Positions 25,811 through 36,394 of a DNA stretch of 64,000 nt are shown here, piece after piece. The first letter of the stretch is position 1. Every line of letters starts with the position of its first letter. The stretch is taken from NCBI GenBank assembly GCA_015061245.1, contig SUWY01000010.1, positions 1,301 to 65,300 on the forward strand. Reading direction: 5' to 3'. Below the pieces are notes generated by a model. It ran no database searches. It was not told the origin of the DNA and saw only the letters and a list, made by a program, of their open reading frames with translations. A program made the translations under genes and the position numbers. The stretch is from Bacteroidales bacterium (lineage in GTDB: Bacteria; Bacteroidota; Bacteroidia; Bacteroidales; Marinifilaceae).

Positions 25811-27535
25811 ATGAGTCTATTAGAGTTAAGCGAGCAAGAGATTATTCGTAGAGGAGCGCTAAAAGAGTTTGAAAAGTTAGGAATTGAACCATATCCTGCA
25901 GCAGAATTTCCTGTTACAGGTAAGGCTGCTGAGATAAAAGAGAGATTTGTGGATGGAGGAGAGGAGTCTTTTGAGATTACTGTTGCAGGAAGAATGATGA
26001 GCCGCAGAATCATGGGTAAAGCTTCCTTCTTTGAACTTCAGGACTCAACCGGAAGAATTCAGGTTTATGTGAGCCGAGACGATGTGTCAACCGACGAGAA
26101 TTCTACAGAATACAATGTAGTTTTCAAGAAACTTATGGATATCGGAGATATTGTCGGAGTTGAGGGATTTGTATTCAGAACACAAACCGGAGAAATCTCG
26201 GTTCATGCCAAGAAGATTACAATGTTGTCTAAATCGTTGCGTCCACTTCCAATTGTGAAGGAGAAAGATGGAAAGTTGTTTGATGCTTTTACCGATCCTG
26301 AGCAGCGTTATCGTCAAAGATATTTGGATTTGATTGTTAATCCGGGAGTGAAAGAGACATTCCGTAAGCGTACTTTGATGATCAATTCAATAAGAAATTT
26401 CTTTAATGAACAAGGATATTTGGAGGTAGAGACTCCTGTTTTGCAAGCAATTCCCGGAGGTGCATCTGCTCGTCCTTTCATTACTCACCACAATGCGTTG
26501 GATATTCCTCTCTACTTGAGAATTGCCAATGAGTTGTATTTGAAGCGTTTGATTGTAGGTGGCTTTGACGGAGTGTACGAGTTTTCACGCAACTTCAGAA
26601 ATGAGGGAATGGACAGAACCCACAACCCAGAGTTTACCTGTATGGAGATTTATGTTTCATACAAGGATTACAACTGGATGATGAACTTTACCGAGGAGAT
26701 GATTGAGCGTGCATGTATGGCTGTAAACGGAACAACCGAGGTGACTGTTGGTGATCAGCAAATTTCGTTCAAGCGTCCTTTCCGTCGCGTGAGAATGGCC
26801 GATGCAATTAAAGAGCATACCGGTTATGACATTGAGACAATGAGCGAGGCCGATCTTTTTGAGGCCTGTAAAAAGCTTGGTATTCAGGTTGATGAGACAA
26901 TGGGTAAGGGTAAGTTGATTGATGAGATGTTTGGTGAGACTTGTGAGTCATTATATGTTCAGCCAACATTTATTTATGATTATCCAAAAGAGATGTCTCC
27001 TCTAACTAAAAAGCACAGAACAAATCCGGATTTGACAGAGCGTTTTGAGCTGTTTGTTAATGGTAAGGAGTTGGCAAATGCATATTCAGAATTGAATGAT
27101 CCTATTGATCAGCTTGATCGTTTCCAGCAGCAGATGAAGCTTTTGGAGCGTGGTGATGATGAGGCAATGTATATCGATTACGACTTTGTGCGTGCCTTGG
27201 AGTATGGTATGCCTCCTACCAGTGGAATGGGTATTGGAATTGACCGTTTGTGTATGTTGTTGACAAACAATGTATCTATTCAGGATGTATTGTTGTTCCC
27301 ACAAATGAAACCAGAGAAGCGTGCGGTAATAGATTCTGATGATAAGTTTATCGAGGCAGGAGTGCCTGCTGAGTGGGTAGCTGTCGTTAAGAAGGCTGGT
27401 TACACAACTGTTGCTGCTTTGAAGGCAGTTGAGAATCCCAATAAGTTGCACCAGGATTTGTGTGCAATCAATAAAAAGGAGAAGCTTGGTTTGCAGGCTC
27501 CAAAACCCGAAGATGTAAAACTTTGGATAGCTTAA
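25811..27535 (+). CDS. lysS: Lysine--tRNA ligase (class II) with about 70-aa C-terminal extension
   Basis: 574 aa. OB-fold N-domain and class II motifs ([16 protein letters not shown]). Confidence 0.95.
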   Translation: MSLLELSEQEIIRRGALKEFEKLGIEPYPAAEFPVTGKAAEIKERFVDGGEESFEITVAGRMMSRRIMGKASFFELQDSTGRIQVYVSRDDVSTDENSTEYNVVFKKLMDIGDIVGVEGFVFRTQTGEISVHAKKITMLSKSLRPLPIVKEKDGKLFDAFTDPEQRYRQRYLDLIVNPGVKETFRKRTLMINSIRNFFNEQGYLEVETPVLQAIPGGASARPFITHHNALDIPLYLRIANELYLKRLIVGGFDGVYEFSRNFRNEGMDRTHNPEFTCMEIYVSYKDYNWMMNFTEEMIERACMAVNGTTEVTVGDQQISFKRPFRRVRMADAIKEHTGYDIETMSEADLFEACKKLGIQVDETMGKGKLIDEMFGETCESLYVQPTFIYDYPKEMSPLTKKHRTNPDLTERFELFVNGKELANAYSELNDPIDQLDRFQQQMKLLERGDDEAMYIDYDFVRALEYGMPPTSGMGIGIDRLCMLLTNNVSIQDVLLFPQMKPEKRAVIDSDDKFIEAGVPAEWVAVVKKAGYTTVAALKAVENPNKLHQDLCAINKKEKLGLQAPKPEDVKLWIA

Positions 27536-27536
27536 C

Positions 27537-28565
27537 ATGAAACATAATACGGTACAATATATGGTTGATATCCCGGAAAATCCACGAATAGCTCTTATTG
27601 GTGGAGGTAGTTGGGCAACTGCAATAGCTAAGATATTGATGGATAACCATCCTCAGCTTAGCTGGTTTATGCGTAATATAGATTCAATCAAGGCATTCAA
27701 AAAGTTGAGGCACAATCCTCGCTATTTGTGTTCGGTTGATTTTGATATTGAAAGAATCCACTTTTCGGATGATATCAACGCAATTGTAAAGAAGGCTGAT
27801 GTTGTTGTTCTGTGTGTGCCGAGTGCCTTTATGCGAAATGTTTTGTCAAAGGTGACAGTCTCAATGCAGAATAAGGTTATTATCTCAGCTATCAAAGGAT
27901 TGGTGTCGGATGATAACGAGACTGTAGTTGATTATTTGGCAAATACATTTAATGTGCCGTTGGATCACATGGTTGCGCTTTCCGGACCGTGCCATGCTGA
28001 AGAGGTTGCCTCTGAAAGATTGTCTTTCTTGACATTTGCTTCGCCATCGACCAAGATTGCAAGAAGAGCTGCTCAACTATTTGAGAATGCATACGTCCGT
28101 ACCACAATTACCGATGATGTCTTTGGTGTAGAGTATGCGGCAATTATGAAGAATATCTATGCTATTGCTGCAGGAATATGTCATGGATTGCGCTATGGAG
28201 ATAACTTCCAGGCTGTTTTGGTTTCAAATGCAATTCAGGAGATGGAGCGTTTTATGGAGGCTGTTATGCCACATCAGCGTGAGATTAAGGCTTCTGTATA
28301 TTTGGGAGATTTGCTTGTTACATGTTATTCACAGTTTAGCCGTAACAGAACGTTCGGAACAATGATAGGTAAGGGGTATTCGGTGAAATCGGCTCAGATG
28401 GAAATGCTTATGATTGCAGAGGGATATTATGCAGTGAAGGGAATCAAAGAGGTTTGTGAGCAGCATAAGTTGGATTTGCCTATCGTTAATGCAGTATATA
28501 ACATTCTATACGAGAGAATCAGTCCTGTTGTAGAGATTCATTTGTTGACTGAAGTTTTACGCTAA
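27537..28565 (+). CDS. gpsA: NAD(P)H-dependent glycerol-3-phosphate dehydrogenase
   Basis: 342 aa. Contains IALIGGGSWATAIA (Rossmann fold), SGPCHAEEV and NIYAIAAG. Confidence 0.9.
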   Translation: MKHNTVQYMVDIPENPRIALIGGGSWATAIAKILMDNHPQLSWFMRNIDSIKAFKKLRHNPRYLCSVDFDIERIHFSDDINAIVKKADVVVLCVPSAFMRNVLSKVTVSMQNKVIISAIKGLVSDDNETVVDYLANTFNVPLDHMVALSGPCHAEEVASERLSFLTFASPSTKIARRAAQLFENAYVRTTITDDVFGVEYAAIMKNIYAIAAGICHGLRYGDNFQAVLVSNAIQEMERFMEAVMPHQREIKASVYLGDLLVTCYSQFSRNRTFGTMIGKGYSVKSAQMEMLMIAEGYYAVKGIKEVCEQHKLDLPIVNAVYNILYERISPVVEIHLLTEVLR

Positions 28566-28567
28566 TC

Positions 28568-29773
28568 ATGAGTAATTTTAGATTAATTCAAGTTACTGAT
28601 AGTAATACGGAAAAGGCGTTTTACGACCTGCCGGTTGAGTTGTATAAGGGTAATAAGTGTTGGGTACATCCGCTTCGTGGAGATATGCAATCTGTATTTG
28701 ATACAGATAAGAACCCTCTATACAAAGCCGGAGGTGAGTTGTGCCGATGGATATTGGTCGATTCTGCTGATAGGTGTATTGGCCGTGTGGCTGCATTTAT
28801 AAATCCTACCTCTTATAATGTTGATGGATATAAGGTGGGTCAGATGGGTTTCTTTGAGTGCATTAATGATGCAGAGGCTGCAAAGATGCTTATAGACCAA
28901 GCTAAAGAGTGGTTGATTGAGCGCAATATGGATTGTATGGAGGGCCCTGTCAATTTCGGTGAGCGTATGATGTGGTGGGGTTTGATGAATAAGGGATTTG
29001 ACGAGACCCCTGTTTATGGAATGCCATATACTCATGAGTATTACGTTAAGTTTTTTGAGGATTACGGTTTTAAGAACTACTATAATCAATATGGCTGTCG
29101 TACTAAATTGGTTAGCGAGAGCTTGAATAAAGTGGTTATCTGGAAAGCAGATAGAATTCTTCGTGATCCTAACTATAAGGTGCTAACCTTTGCTCAGGTT
29201 GGTGAGAAGATGGCTATCGAGACTATTCTTACCGTATACAACAAGGCTTGGAATTTAGAGGTGCATGGAGTAAAGGGCGCTGATAGAGCAGAGATTATGG
29301 CTCTGTATAAGAGTTTGAAACCTGTTATAGATAAGAACCTAATCTATTTTGCTTATTACAATGATGAGCCTATAGGATTCTTCTTGATGTTCCCTGAGAT
29401 GAATCAGGTGTTTAAGAAATTACATGGTAAAGTTGATTTTATAGGGGCAATTAGGTTGTTGTATGCGTTGAAGTTCAAGAAGATTCATGTTGCACTGGGA
29501 CAGTTGTTTGGTATTGTTCCAGAGTTCCAGAATAAGGGAGTTGAGGCTGCATTGATTAAGAAATTCTATGATAATATAGTGGTGCAAAAGAGTCACTATG
29601 AGTATCTTGAATTGAATTGGATGGGTGATTTTAATCCTCCTATGGTCCATTTGATGGATTATATCGGAGCTAAGCAGATTCGAATCTATGTAACTTATCG
29701 CTACATGATAAATGATAAAATTCCTTTTGAGCGTGCAGTTGACAGAATGATGCGCTTAAAGACTCAGGAGTAA
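28568..29773 (+). CDS. Conserved hypothetical protein, probable GNAT-fold acyltransferase (family call tentative)
   Basis: 401 aa. The C-terminal half has a GNAT motif-A-like segment, FGIVPEFQNKGVEAALI. Confidence 0.5.
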   Translation: MSNFRLIQVTDSNTEKAFYDLPVELYKGNKCWVHPLRGDMQSVFDTDKNPLYKAGGELCRWILVDSADRCIGRVAAFINPTSYNVDGYKVGQMGFFECINDAEAAKMLIDQAKEWLIERNMDCMEGPVNFGERMMWWGLMNKGFDETPVYGMPYTHEYYVKFFEDYGFKNYYNQYGCRTKLVSESLNKVVIWKADRILRDPNYKVLTFAQVGEKMAIETILTVYNKAWNLEVHGVKGADRAEIMALYKSLKPVIDKNLIYFAYYNDEPIGFFLMFPEMNQVFKKLHGKVDFIGAIRLLYALKFKKIHVALGQLFGIVPEFQNKGVEAALIKKFYDNIVVQKSHYEYLELNWMGDFNPPMVHLMDYIGAKQIRIYVTYRYMINDKIPFERAVDRMMRLKTQE

Positions 29774-29808
29774 TAAAAAAAAAGTTGAGCAATTGCTCAA
29801 CTTTTTTA
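29774..29808. terminator. Bidirectional intrinsic terminator between convergent genes
   Basis: An A-run, then the hairpin agttgagc-aatt-gctcaact, then a T-run. Confidence 0.75.
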
Positions 29809-29814
29809 TTGCTA

Positions 29815-32013
29815 TTAGTGTCCGTGCTTACAGTGGAATTGCAGTCGCATCAAACGCAACTCCTCTTCGGTGTAATCCCCATCGAATTCATCGTAAGCCT
29901 CTGAAATATTATCGGTGTCGGAATCACGGAAGTAGTCCATGATCTCCTCTTGTTGATCCTTGTCTAACAGTAGATTCATGTAGTAGTCAATGTCCAACTT
30001 AGTGCCCGAGAATACAATAGCTTCCATCTCTTTAATCAACTCCTCGAAATCAAGATTCTGCTGGCTTGCAATATCTTCAAGGTCTATCTTGCGGTCAATA
30101 CATTGAATGATTGCCACTTTATATTTTGATTTATTGGCAACGGTTTTGAATACCAAATCTTGTGCTCGCTCAATTTCGTTGTCCTCGACATACTTCTTGA
30201 TTACCTCTGCGAACTCTTTTCCGTATTTATTTGCCTTTCCAATACCAACTCCCTGAATATTAGCCAACTCGTCGATGGTTATAGGATAGTTTGTACACAT
30301 ATCCTCGAGTGAGGGATCCTGGAATATAACGTATGGTGGCAGGTTGTTATCCTTTGCAATCTTTTTACGCAAGTCCTTTAGGATTGAGAATAGAGTATCA
30401 TCAAGTGCTGAAACTCCACCCTTCTGCTCTTGTAGCTTGTCCTCAACCTCGTCCTCGTAGTCGTGGTCATCCATAAGCATAAAATCAACCGGTTTCTTGA
30501 TAAAGGCCTCGCCCTCTTTGGTCAATTTTATAATTCCATATTGCTCAATATCCTTTTCTGTATATCCTGCAATAGATGCTCTGCGGTAAACCATATTCCA
30601 GAACTGTTTGCTCTTGTCTGAGCCGGCACCATAAAGTTCCAATTGGTCGTGTTCGTATGATTTTATATGAGAGTCCATCTCTCCTCGAAGGATATTTACA
30701 AGGTGTTCCACTTTGAACTTCTCTCCTACATCCTTTATAAGTTGTAATGCATCTACAACATACTCCTTCCCCTCGAACTCTTTTTTAGGGTAGAGACAAT
30801 TATCACAACATCCACAATTCTCTTCCATATAATTTTCTCCAAAATAGTGTAGCAAAACCTTTCTACGGCAAATGCTGCTTTCGGCATATGAGACAGTTTC
30901 GTGTAGCAACAACTTGCCAACCTCTTGTTCGGCAACAGGTTTGCCTTGCATAAATTTTTCTAATTTCTGAATATCTTTATAACTATAATAAGCAATACAG
31001 ATTCCTTCGCCTCCATCGCGGCCGGCGCGACCTGTCTCTTGATAGTAGCCCTCAAGGCTCTTAGGAATCTCATAGTGAATAACAAATCGAACATCCGGCT
31101 TGTCAATACCCATTCCGAAAGCAATTGTGGCCACAATTACATCAATCTCCTCCATGAGGAAGTGGTCTTGGGTTGCGCTGCGAGATGCTGCATCCATTCC
31201 TGCGTGATATGCTTCAGCTTTAATGCCATTCATACGTAGGATTTCTGCAAGTTCCTCTACCGTCTTTCTGCTTAGACAGTATATAATTCCTGATTTGCCT
31301 TCGTGATTTTTAATGAATTTGATCAAATCCTTCTGTTGGTCCACTTTTGGGCGTACCTCGTAGTAAAGATTTGGTCGATTGAAAGATGATTTAAATACCT
31401 GAGCATCGAGCATTTCGAGGTTCTTCTGAATATCGTTCTGAACCTTAGGTGTCGCTGTTGCTGTTAGGGCAATGATGGGGGCCTTGCCTATCTCCTCGAC
31501 AATTGGACGTATTCTTCTGTACTCTGTACGGAAATCGTGTCCCCATTCAGATATACAGTGGGCCTCGTCAACTGCAAAGAATGATACCTTAACCTTTTGC
31601 AAAAACTCTACATTGCTCTCTTTTGTCAATGACTCGGGAGCTACGTATAGAAGTTTTGTTTTGCCGGCAAGGACATCCTCTTTAACCTTCTGAATCTCAC
31701 TCTTGGTTAGAGATGAGTTCATGAAATGAGCAACTCCCGCCTCGGTTGAGAAAGAACGCATGGCGTCGACCTGATTTTTCATTAAGGCAATAAGGGGGGA
31801 GATGACAATAGCAGTGCCATCGAGCAATAGTGCCGGTAACTGGTAGCATAGAGATTTTCCGCCACCGGTTGGCATTAGCACAAATGTGTTGTTCCCGGCC
31901 AATACATTTCTTATAATGGCCTCTTGGTTCCCCTTAAATTGATCAAATCCGAACAGCTCTTTTAGTTTGGCATGTAGATCGATCTTAGATAAATCAGTTT
32001 TAGCCATAAGCAA
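29815..32013 (-). CDS. recQ: ATP-dependent DNA helicase RecQ
   Basis: 732 aa. Contains MPTGGGKS, DEAHCISEWGHDFR, a Zn-binding Cys cluster, and RQC and C-terminal HRDC regions. The start may be the second ATG at 32007. Confidence 0.95.
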   Translation of the reverse strand: MLMAKTDLSKIDLHAKLKELFGFDQFKGNQEAIIRNVLAGNNTFVLMPTGGGKSLCYQLPALLLDGTAIVISPLIALMKNQVDAMRSFSTEAGVAHFMNSSLTKSEIQKVKEDVLAGKTKLLYVAPESLTKESNVEFLQKVKVSFFAVDEAHCISEWGHDFRTEYRRIRPIVEEIGKAPIIALTATATPKVQNDIQKNLEMLDAQVFKSSFNRPNLYYEVRPKVDQQKDLIKFIKNHEGKSGIIYCLSRKTVEELAEILRMNGIKAEAYHAGMDAASRSATQDHFLMEEIDVIVATIAFGMGIDKPDVRFVIHYEIPKSLEGYYQETGRAGRDGGEGICIAYYSYKDIQKLEKFMQGKPVAEQEVGKLLLHETVSYAESSICRRKVLLHYFGENYMEENCGCCDNCLYPKKEFEGKEYVVDALQLIKDVGEKFKVEHLVNILRGEMDSHIKSYEHDQLELYGAGSDKSKQFWNMVYRRASIAGYTEKDIEQYGIIKLTKEGEAFIKKPVDFMLMDDHDYEDEVEDKLQEQKGGVSALDDTLFSILKDLRKKIAKDNNLPPYVIFQDPSLEDMCTNYPITIDELANIQGVGIGKANKYGKEFAEVIKKYVEDNEIERAQDLVFKTVANKSKYKVAIIQCIDRKIDLEDIASQQNLDFEELIKEMEAIVFSGTKLDIDYYMNLLLDKDQQEEIMDYFRDSDTDNISEAYDEFDGDYTEEELRLMRLQFHCKHGH

Positions 32014-32041
32014 TTCCTTGTTTCAAACCATCTCTTTTATG

Positions 32042-32049
32042 CAAAATTA
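32042..32049 (-). promoter_or_regulatory. -7 box TAATTTTG (minus strand) for recQ
   Basis: Plus-strand CAAAATTA, an exact match to the consensus, about 28 nt upstream of the recQ start. Confidence 0.45.
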
Positions 32050-32093
32050 TATTTTATTTCAAAATCTTCACTATCGAGGAGAAAAAAAATGTG

Positions 32094-32101
32094 TAATTTT
32101 G
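32094..32101 (+). promoter_or_regulatory. -7 box TAATTTTG for kpsF
   Basis: Exact TAnnTTTG, 43 nt upstream of the ATG at 32145. Confidence 0.45.
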
Positions 32102-32144
32102 TCACGAATAATTTTTTATTCAGAGTGATTTTATCTAATAAGAG

Positions 32145-33116
32145 GTGCATATGGTTGATATTAAGCAGGTTGCAAAACGAGTGATAGTTGAGGAGGCAAA
32201 TACTATTGCCAACCTGGAACATTTCATTGATGATGATTTTGTTAAAGTAGTGGAACTTATTCTCCATACAAAGGGGCGTGTTGTGGTCTCTGGAGTTGGG
32301 AAAAGTGCAATTGTCGCACAAAAATTGGTGGCAACTCTTAATTCAACGGGAACTCCGGCGCTTTTTATGCATGCTGCCGATGCTGTGCATGGCGATTTAG
32401 GTATGATCTGTCCCGATGATGTTGTAATATGTTTGTCAAATAGTGGAAACACTCCCGAGATAAAATCATTGATACCTTTAATAAAGAATCTCGATAACGA
32501 GAATATTGTTGCTATGGTTAGCAATAGAGAGTCCTATTTGGCAAAAAATGCAGCCTATATCTTGCAGGCTTATGTTGAGCGTGAGGCAGATCCTAATAAC
32601 CTCGCCCCAACAAATTCAACTACTGCGCAGTTGGTAATGGCCGATGCTCTTGCAATTGCGTTGATTGAGTGTCGCCAATTCTCAAGCAACGATTTTGCCA
32701 AATATCATCCTGGAGGCTCTTTGGGTAAGCGCCTTAGAACAAGAGTGTCTGATATTTTTGATAAAGATAATAGACCAATGGTTGCCCCGGAAGATTTGTT
32801 GAGACAGGTCATTGTGGCAATGTCTGCAGGTCGTTTGGGTGCTGTTGCCGTTACAAATGAGAAGAACGAATTGCTTGGAATTGTAACCGATGGTGATTTG
32901 CGTCGTATGTTGGAGAGGCATAGTGATATTGAAACTTTGAAGGCAGGCGATATTATGACCAAAACTCCCAAGTGTATATCTGCCGATGAGTTGGCGTATA
33001 ACGCTTTCAAAGTAATGGAGCAGAATAGCATTACACAGTTGGTTGTAACCAATGAGTGTGGTTGTTACTGTGGAATGATACACTTGCATGATATTCTAAA
33101 AGAGGGAATAGTGTAA
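32145..33116 (+). CDS. kpsF: KpsF/GutQ-family arabinose-5-phosphate isomerase (SIS + tandem CBS)
   Basis: 323 aa. SIS motif VVVSGVGKSAIVAQK; C-terminal CBS pair. Confidence 0.85.
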   Translation: MHMVDIKQVAKRVIVEEANTIANLEHFIDDDFVKVVELILHTKGRVVVSGVGKSAIVAQKLVATLNSTGTPALFMHAADAVHGDLGMICPDDVVICLSNSGNTPEIKSLIPLIKNLDNENIVAMVSNRESYLAKNAAYILQAYVEREADPNNLAPTNSTTAQLVMADALAIALIECRQFSSNDFAKYHPGGSLGKRLRTRVSDIFDKDNRPMVAPEDLLRQVIVAMSAGRLGAVAVTNEKNELLGIVTDGDLRRMLERHSDIETLKAGDIMTKTPKCISADELAYNAFKVMEQNSITQLVVTNECGCYCGMIHLHDILKEGIV

Positions 33117-33121
33117 TTTCA

Positions 33122-35641
33122 TTGAAAAGTCATAGCGGAAATATTGTATTTGGAGTACGATGGCTCTTAATAGTTCTGTTGTCTCTAGTTGTAGGGAGAA
33201 TTAATGCTCAGTCATCGACCCGTATAAGGGGAGTCGTTACAGATTCCGCAACAGGAGAGCCTATACCATTGGTAAATGTATTCTTTCCGGGAACAGATGT
33301 GGGGATAACTACCAACTTTGAAGGAGAGTACTTTCTTGATACCAAAATTGAGGCCTCGCTTATCAAAATTTCTTGTGTAGGTTATAAAACAAAACAAATC
33401 AGGGTTGTTAAGGGAAGTTTTAATCAATTGGATGTAAAACTAGTTCCAGATATTCAAGAGTTAGCTACGGTAACTGTTCGTCCGGGCGTAAATCCTGCCT
33501 TTGCTGTTTTGGATAGCATTTCAAAGTATAAGAGGAGAAATAATCCGGATAAGTATGATTATTTCTGCAAAACATATACTCGTATGGAATTGGATGCAAC
33601 CAATATAAATCCCTACTTTAAAAATAAAAGGTTGCAACGCGATTTTGGGTTCATTTTTCAATATATGGATACATCGGCCATTACCGGCAAGCCTTTTTTG
33701 CCTGTGATGATTACCGAAGGAGCTTCCGATTATTATTATCGCAGCTCTCCATTGATGAAGCGTGAGATTGTTACCGGTAGTAAAATTTCAGGGGTGAAAA
33801 CAGACTATACTTTTGCTCAGTTTACCGGACAACTTCATCAGAAGGCCAATTTCTATGACAACTTTTTGGATCTCTTTGAGGTGAGATTTGTCAGCCCGCT
33901 GTGTGAAACAGGTAAAATGTATTACGACTATTTTTTGGTGGATAGTGTAAAGCGAGAAGGAAGAAAGGTCTATACAATGCGTTTCCATCCGAAGAGTTAT
34001 TCTGTTCCAACTATGGATGGCGAATTAAAAATTGATTCCACTACATGGGCATTGGTCTCTGCAACGGCCTCTTTGGGTAAAAAGGTTAATGTGAATTGGC
34101 TGAGACATTTGGTTTTGAGAGCAGAGTATGATTTACTTGAAGAGCATAATGTTTGGTTTCCTAAACGTGACGAGATGTTTGCTGATTTCTCTATTTTCCA
34201 GAGTGATTCATCGAAATTGATATCGTTCCTTGGACGTAGGCATATTGACTACATGGAACCAAAATTGAATCCTGAATTTCCCAAAGAGATTCTAAAGCTT
34301 GACAATGATGTGACAATGCCCAAAGATGTGCTGGATAGGGATTCGCTCTTTTGGGATTCGGTGCGCCCATATCAATTAAGTAAACGTGAGGAGGATATAT
34401 TTTTAATGGTTGATTCTGTAAAGAGTGTGCCATTATATCACTCTATTGAAACGGTATTGGAGACTGCTTTCTTTGGTTATTTCGAGACAAAGTATTTAGG
34501 ATTTGGTCCATATTACAAGTTGTTCAGCTATAATGGAGTTGAGGGGGCGAGGTTTCAATTGGGATTGCGTACCACAGAGGATTTCAGTAAAAAAGTTAGG
34601 CTCTCAGTATATGGAGCTTATGGAACGAAAGATAATAAATGGAAAGGCGGTGGTGATATTCTTTATCAATTTAATACTCAGCCATTTTCTCAGCTTAGAT
34701 TTAGCTATAAAAATGATGTTGATCAGATAGGTGCGGGTTTTAATGCTTTGACTGAGAGCAATATTTTGAGCACAGCACTATCGCGTGGGGATAACGATAA
34801 GTTGACCCCTGTAGAGCATGTTGCATTGGAGTATGAGAAAGAGTGGAAAGAGGGGTTTGATAACACCTTTGGAGTTTCGTATTCTCGAGTTAAACCAACT
34901 CACAAGGTGCCTTTTATTACCCCAGCGGGAGACTCCTTGAGTTGTGTCAGCACATTGGCTTTTGCATTAAAAACACGTTTGGCGTGGAATGAGATATGGA
35001 TTCGTTCTGATTTTTCAAGAACAACTCTTTCTTGTCCATATCCGCGAGTCGGTTTGGATTTAACTTACGGAGTTAAGGGGACTTTTAAAAATGATTTCAA
35101 CTATCTAAAGAGTGTTTTGTGGTCGCAATATGATTTCTATATAGCTCCTTTGGGTTATTCAGATCTCTACTTAAGCGTGGGTAAGATATGGGGAAAAGTT
35201 CCCTATCCTTTATTGAAGATTCACGAGGGTAATGGAACATATTTCTATGACAAGTATGCATTTTCGTGTATGAATTACTATGAGTTTGCATCAGATGTCT
35301 GGGCAACCTTAATGTGGGAACACCATTTTCGTGGTTTCTTTTTGGGGAAGATTCCTTTGTTGAAAAAGTTAAAATGGCGTGAGGTTGTTACATATAAGGT
35401 TTTGTGGGGCACTCTCTCAAACAAAAACAATGGTGCCGGCCCGAATTCCGAGGCAGTGTTGCTATTTCCTGCAGGAATGTCTAAGGTGGGTAAACCGTAT
35501 ATGGAGTTTGGTGTTGGTATTGAGAATATCTTCAGGATATTTAGAGTAGATGCGGTGTGGCGTTTAACTCATCGAGAACAGGTTCAGGGAATTAAACATC
35601 AGAATTTTGCTCTCAATGTTTCGGTACATCTAAGTTTTTAG
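33122..35641 (+). CDS. Large secreted/outer-membrane protein with N-terminal carboxypeptidase-regulatory-like domain (DUF5686-like)
   Basis: 839 aa. Signal peptide, then [38 protein letters not shown] (CarboxypepD_reg signature). Apparent TTG start; no in-frame ATG precedes the signal peptide. Confidence 0.6.
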   Translation: MKSHSGNIVFGVRWLLIVLLSLVVGRINAQSSTRIRGVVTDSATGEPIPLVNVFFPGTDVGITTNFEGEYFLDTKIEASLIKISCVGYKTKQIRVVKGSFNQLDVKLVPDIQELATVTVRPGVNPAFAVLDSISKYKRRNNPDKYDYFCKTYTRMELDATNINPYFKNKRLQRDFGFIFQYMDTSAITGKPFLPVMITEGASDYYYRSSPLMKREIVTGSKISGVKTDYTFAQFTGQLHQKANFYDNFLDLFEVRFVSPLCETGKMYYDYFLVDSVKREGRKVYTMRFHPKSYSVPTMDGELKIDSTTWALVSATASLGKKVNVNWLRHLVLRAEYDLLEEHNVWFPKRDEMFADFSIFQSDSSKLISFLGRRHIDYMEPKLNPEFPKEILKLDNDVTMPKDVLDRDSLFWDSVRPYQLSKREEDIFLMVDSVKSVPLYHSIETVLETAFFGYFETKYLGFGPYYKLFSYNGVEGARFQLGLRTTEDFSKKVRLSVYGAYGTKDNKWKGGGDILYQFNTQPFSQLRFSYKNDVDQIGAGFNALTESNILSTALSRGDNDKLTPVEHVALEYEKEWKEGFDNTFGVSYSRVKPTHKVPFITPAGDSLSCVSTLAFALKTRLAWNEIWIRSDFSRTTLSCPYPRVGLDLTYGVKGTFKNDFNYLKSVLWSQYDFYIAPLGYSDLYLSVGKIWGKVPYPLLKIHEGNGTYFYDKYAFSCMNYYEFASDVWATLMWEHHFRGFFLGKIPLLKKLKWREVVTYKVLWGTLSNKNNGAGPNSEAVLLFPAGMSKVGKPYMEFGVGIENIFRIFRVDAVWRLTHREQVQGIKHQNFALNVSVHLSF

Positions 35642-35655
35642 TTACCTTTGCACTC

Positions 35656-36390
35656 ATGAAATTAAGAGCAGAAGAGTTAGTTAAGAAATATAAGAGTCGT
35701 ACAGTTGTTCGCGGTGTCTCTTTTGAGGTTGAACAGGGCGAGATTGTAGGATTGTTGGGTCCAAACGGAGCAGGAAAGACCACTTCGTTCTATATGATTG
35801 TGGGCTTGATTATCCCTAATGGGGGTAGGGTTTTCTTGGATGAGCGTGAGATAACCAAGGAGCCTATGTACAGACGAGCTCAACTTGGAGTTGGATATTT
35901 GGCTCAGGAGGCATCGGTGTTCCGCCGTTTGAGTGTCGAGGATAACATTAAGGCTGTCCTTGAGATGAGTGATATGAGTAAGGAGGAGCAGGCGGAGCGA
36001 TTGGAGGAGATGCTTGATGAGTTTGGTTTGCAGCATATCCGTAAGAGCCTGGGAATTCAGTTGTCAGGAGGTGAGCGTAGAAGAACCGAGATTGCTCGTG
36101 CACTATCTATTCGTCCTAAATTTATTCTTCTAGACGAACCATTTGCGGGCGTCGATCCAATTGCCGTTGAGGATATCCAGAGTATTGTTAGAAAATTAAA
36201 GGATAAGAATATCGGTATTCTTATTACAGACCATAATGTTCAGGAGACTCTTTCAATCACTGATCGTGCATATCTGCTATATGATGGAAAGATTTTGCAG
36301 GCAGGAACTGCAGAAGATTTGGCAGCTGATCCGGAGGTGCGTAGAGTATATCTTGGTAAGAATTTTGAGTTACGCAGAAAGAGTGATTGA
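35656..36390 (+). CDS. lptB: LPS export ABC transporter ATP-binding protein LptB
   Basis: 244 aa. Walker [10 protein letters not shown], signature LSGGERRR, Walker B ILLDEP, LptB-type C-terminus [10 protein letters not shown]. Confidence 0.9.
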   Translation: MKLRAEELVKKYKSRTVVRGVSFEVEQGEIVGLLGPNGAGKTTSFYMIVGLIIPNGGRVFLDEREITKEPMYRRAQLGVGYLAQEASVFRRLSVEDNIKAVLEMSDMSKEEQAERLEEMLDEFGLQHIRKSLGIQLSGGERRRTEIARALSIRPKFILLDEPFAGVDPIAVEDIQSIVRKLKDKNIGILITDHNVQETLSITDRAYLLYDGKILQAGTAEDLAADPEVRRVYLGKNFELRRKSD

Positions 36391-36394
36391 ATAG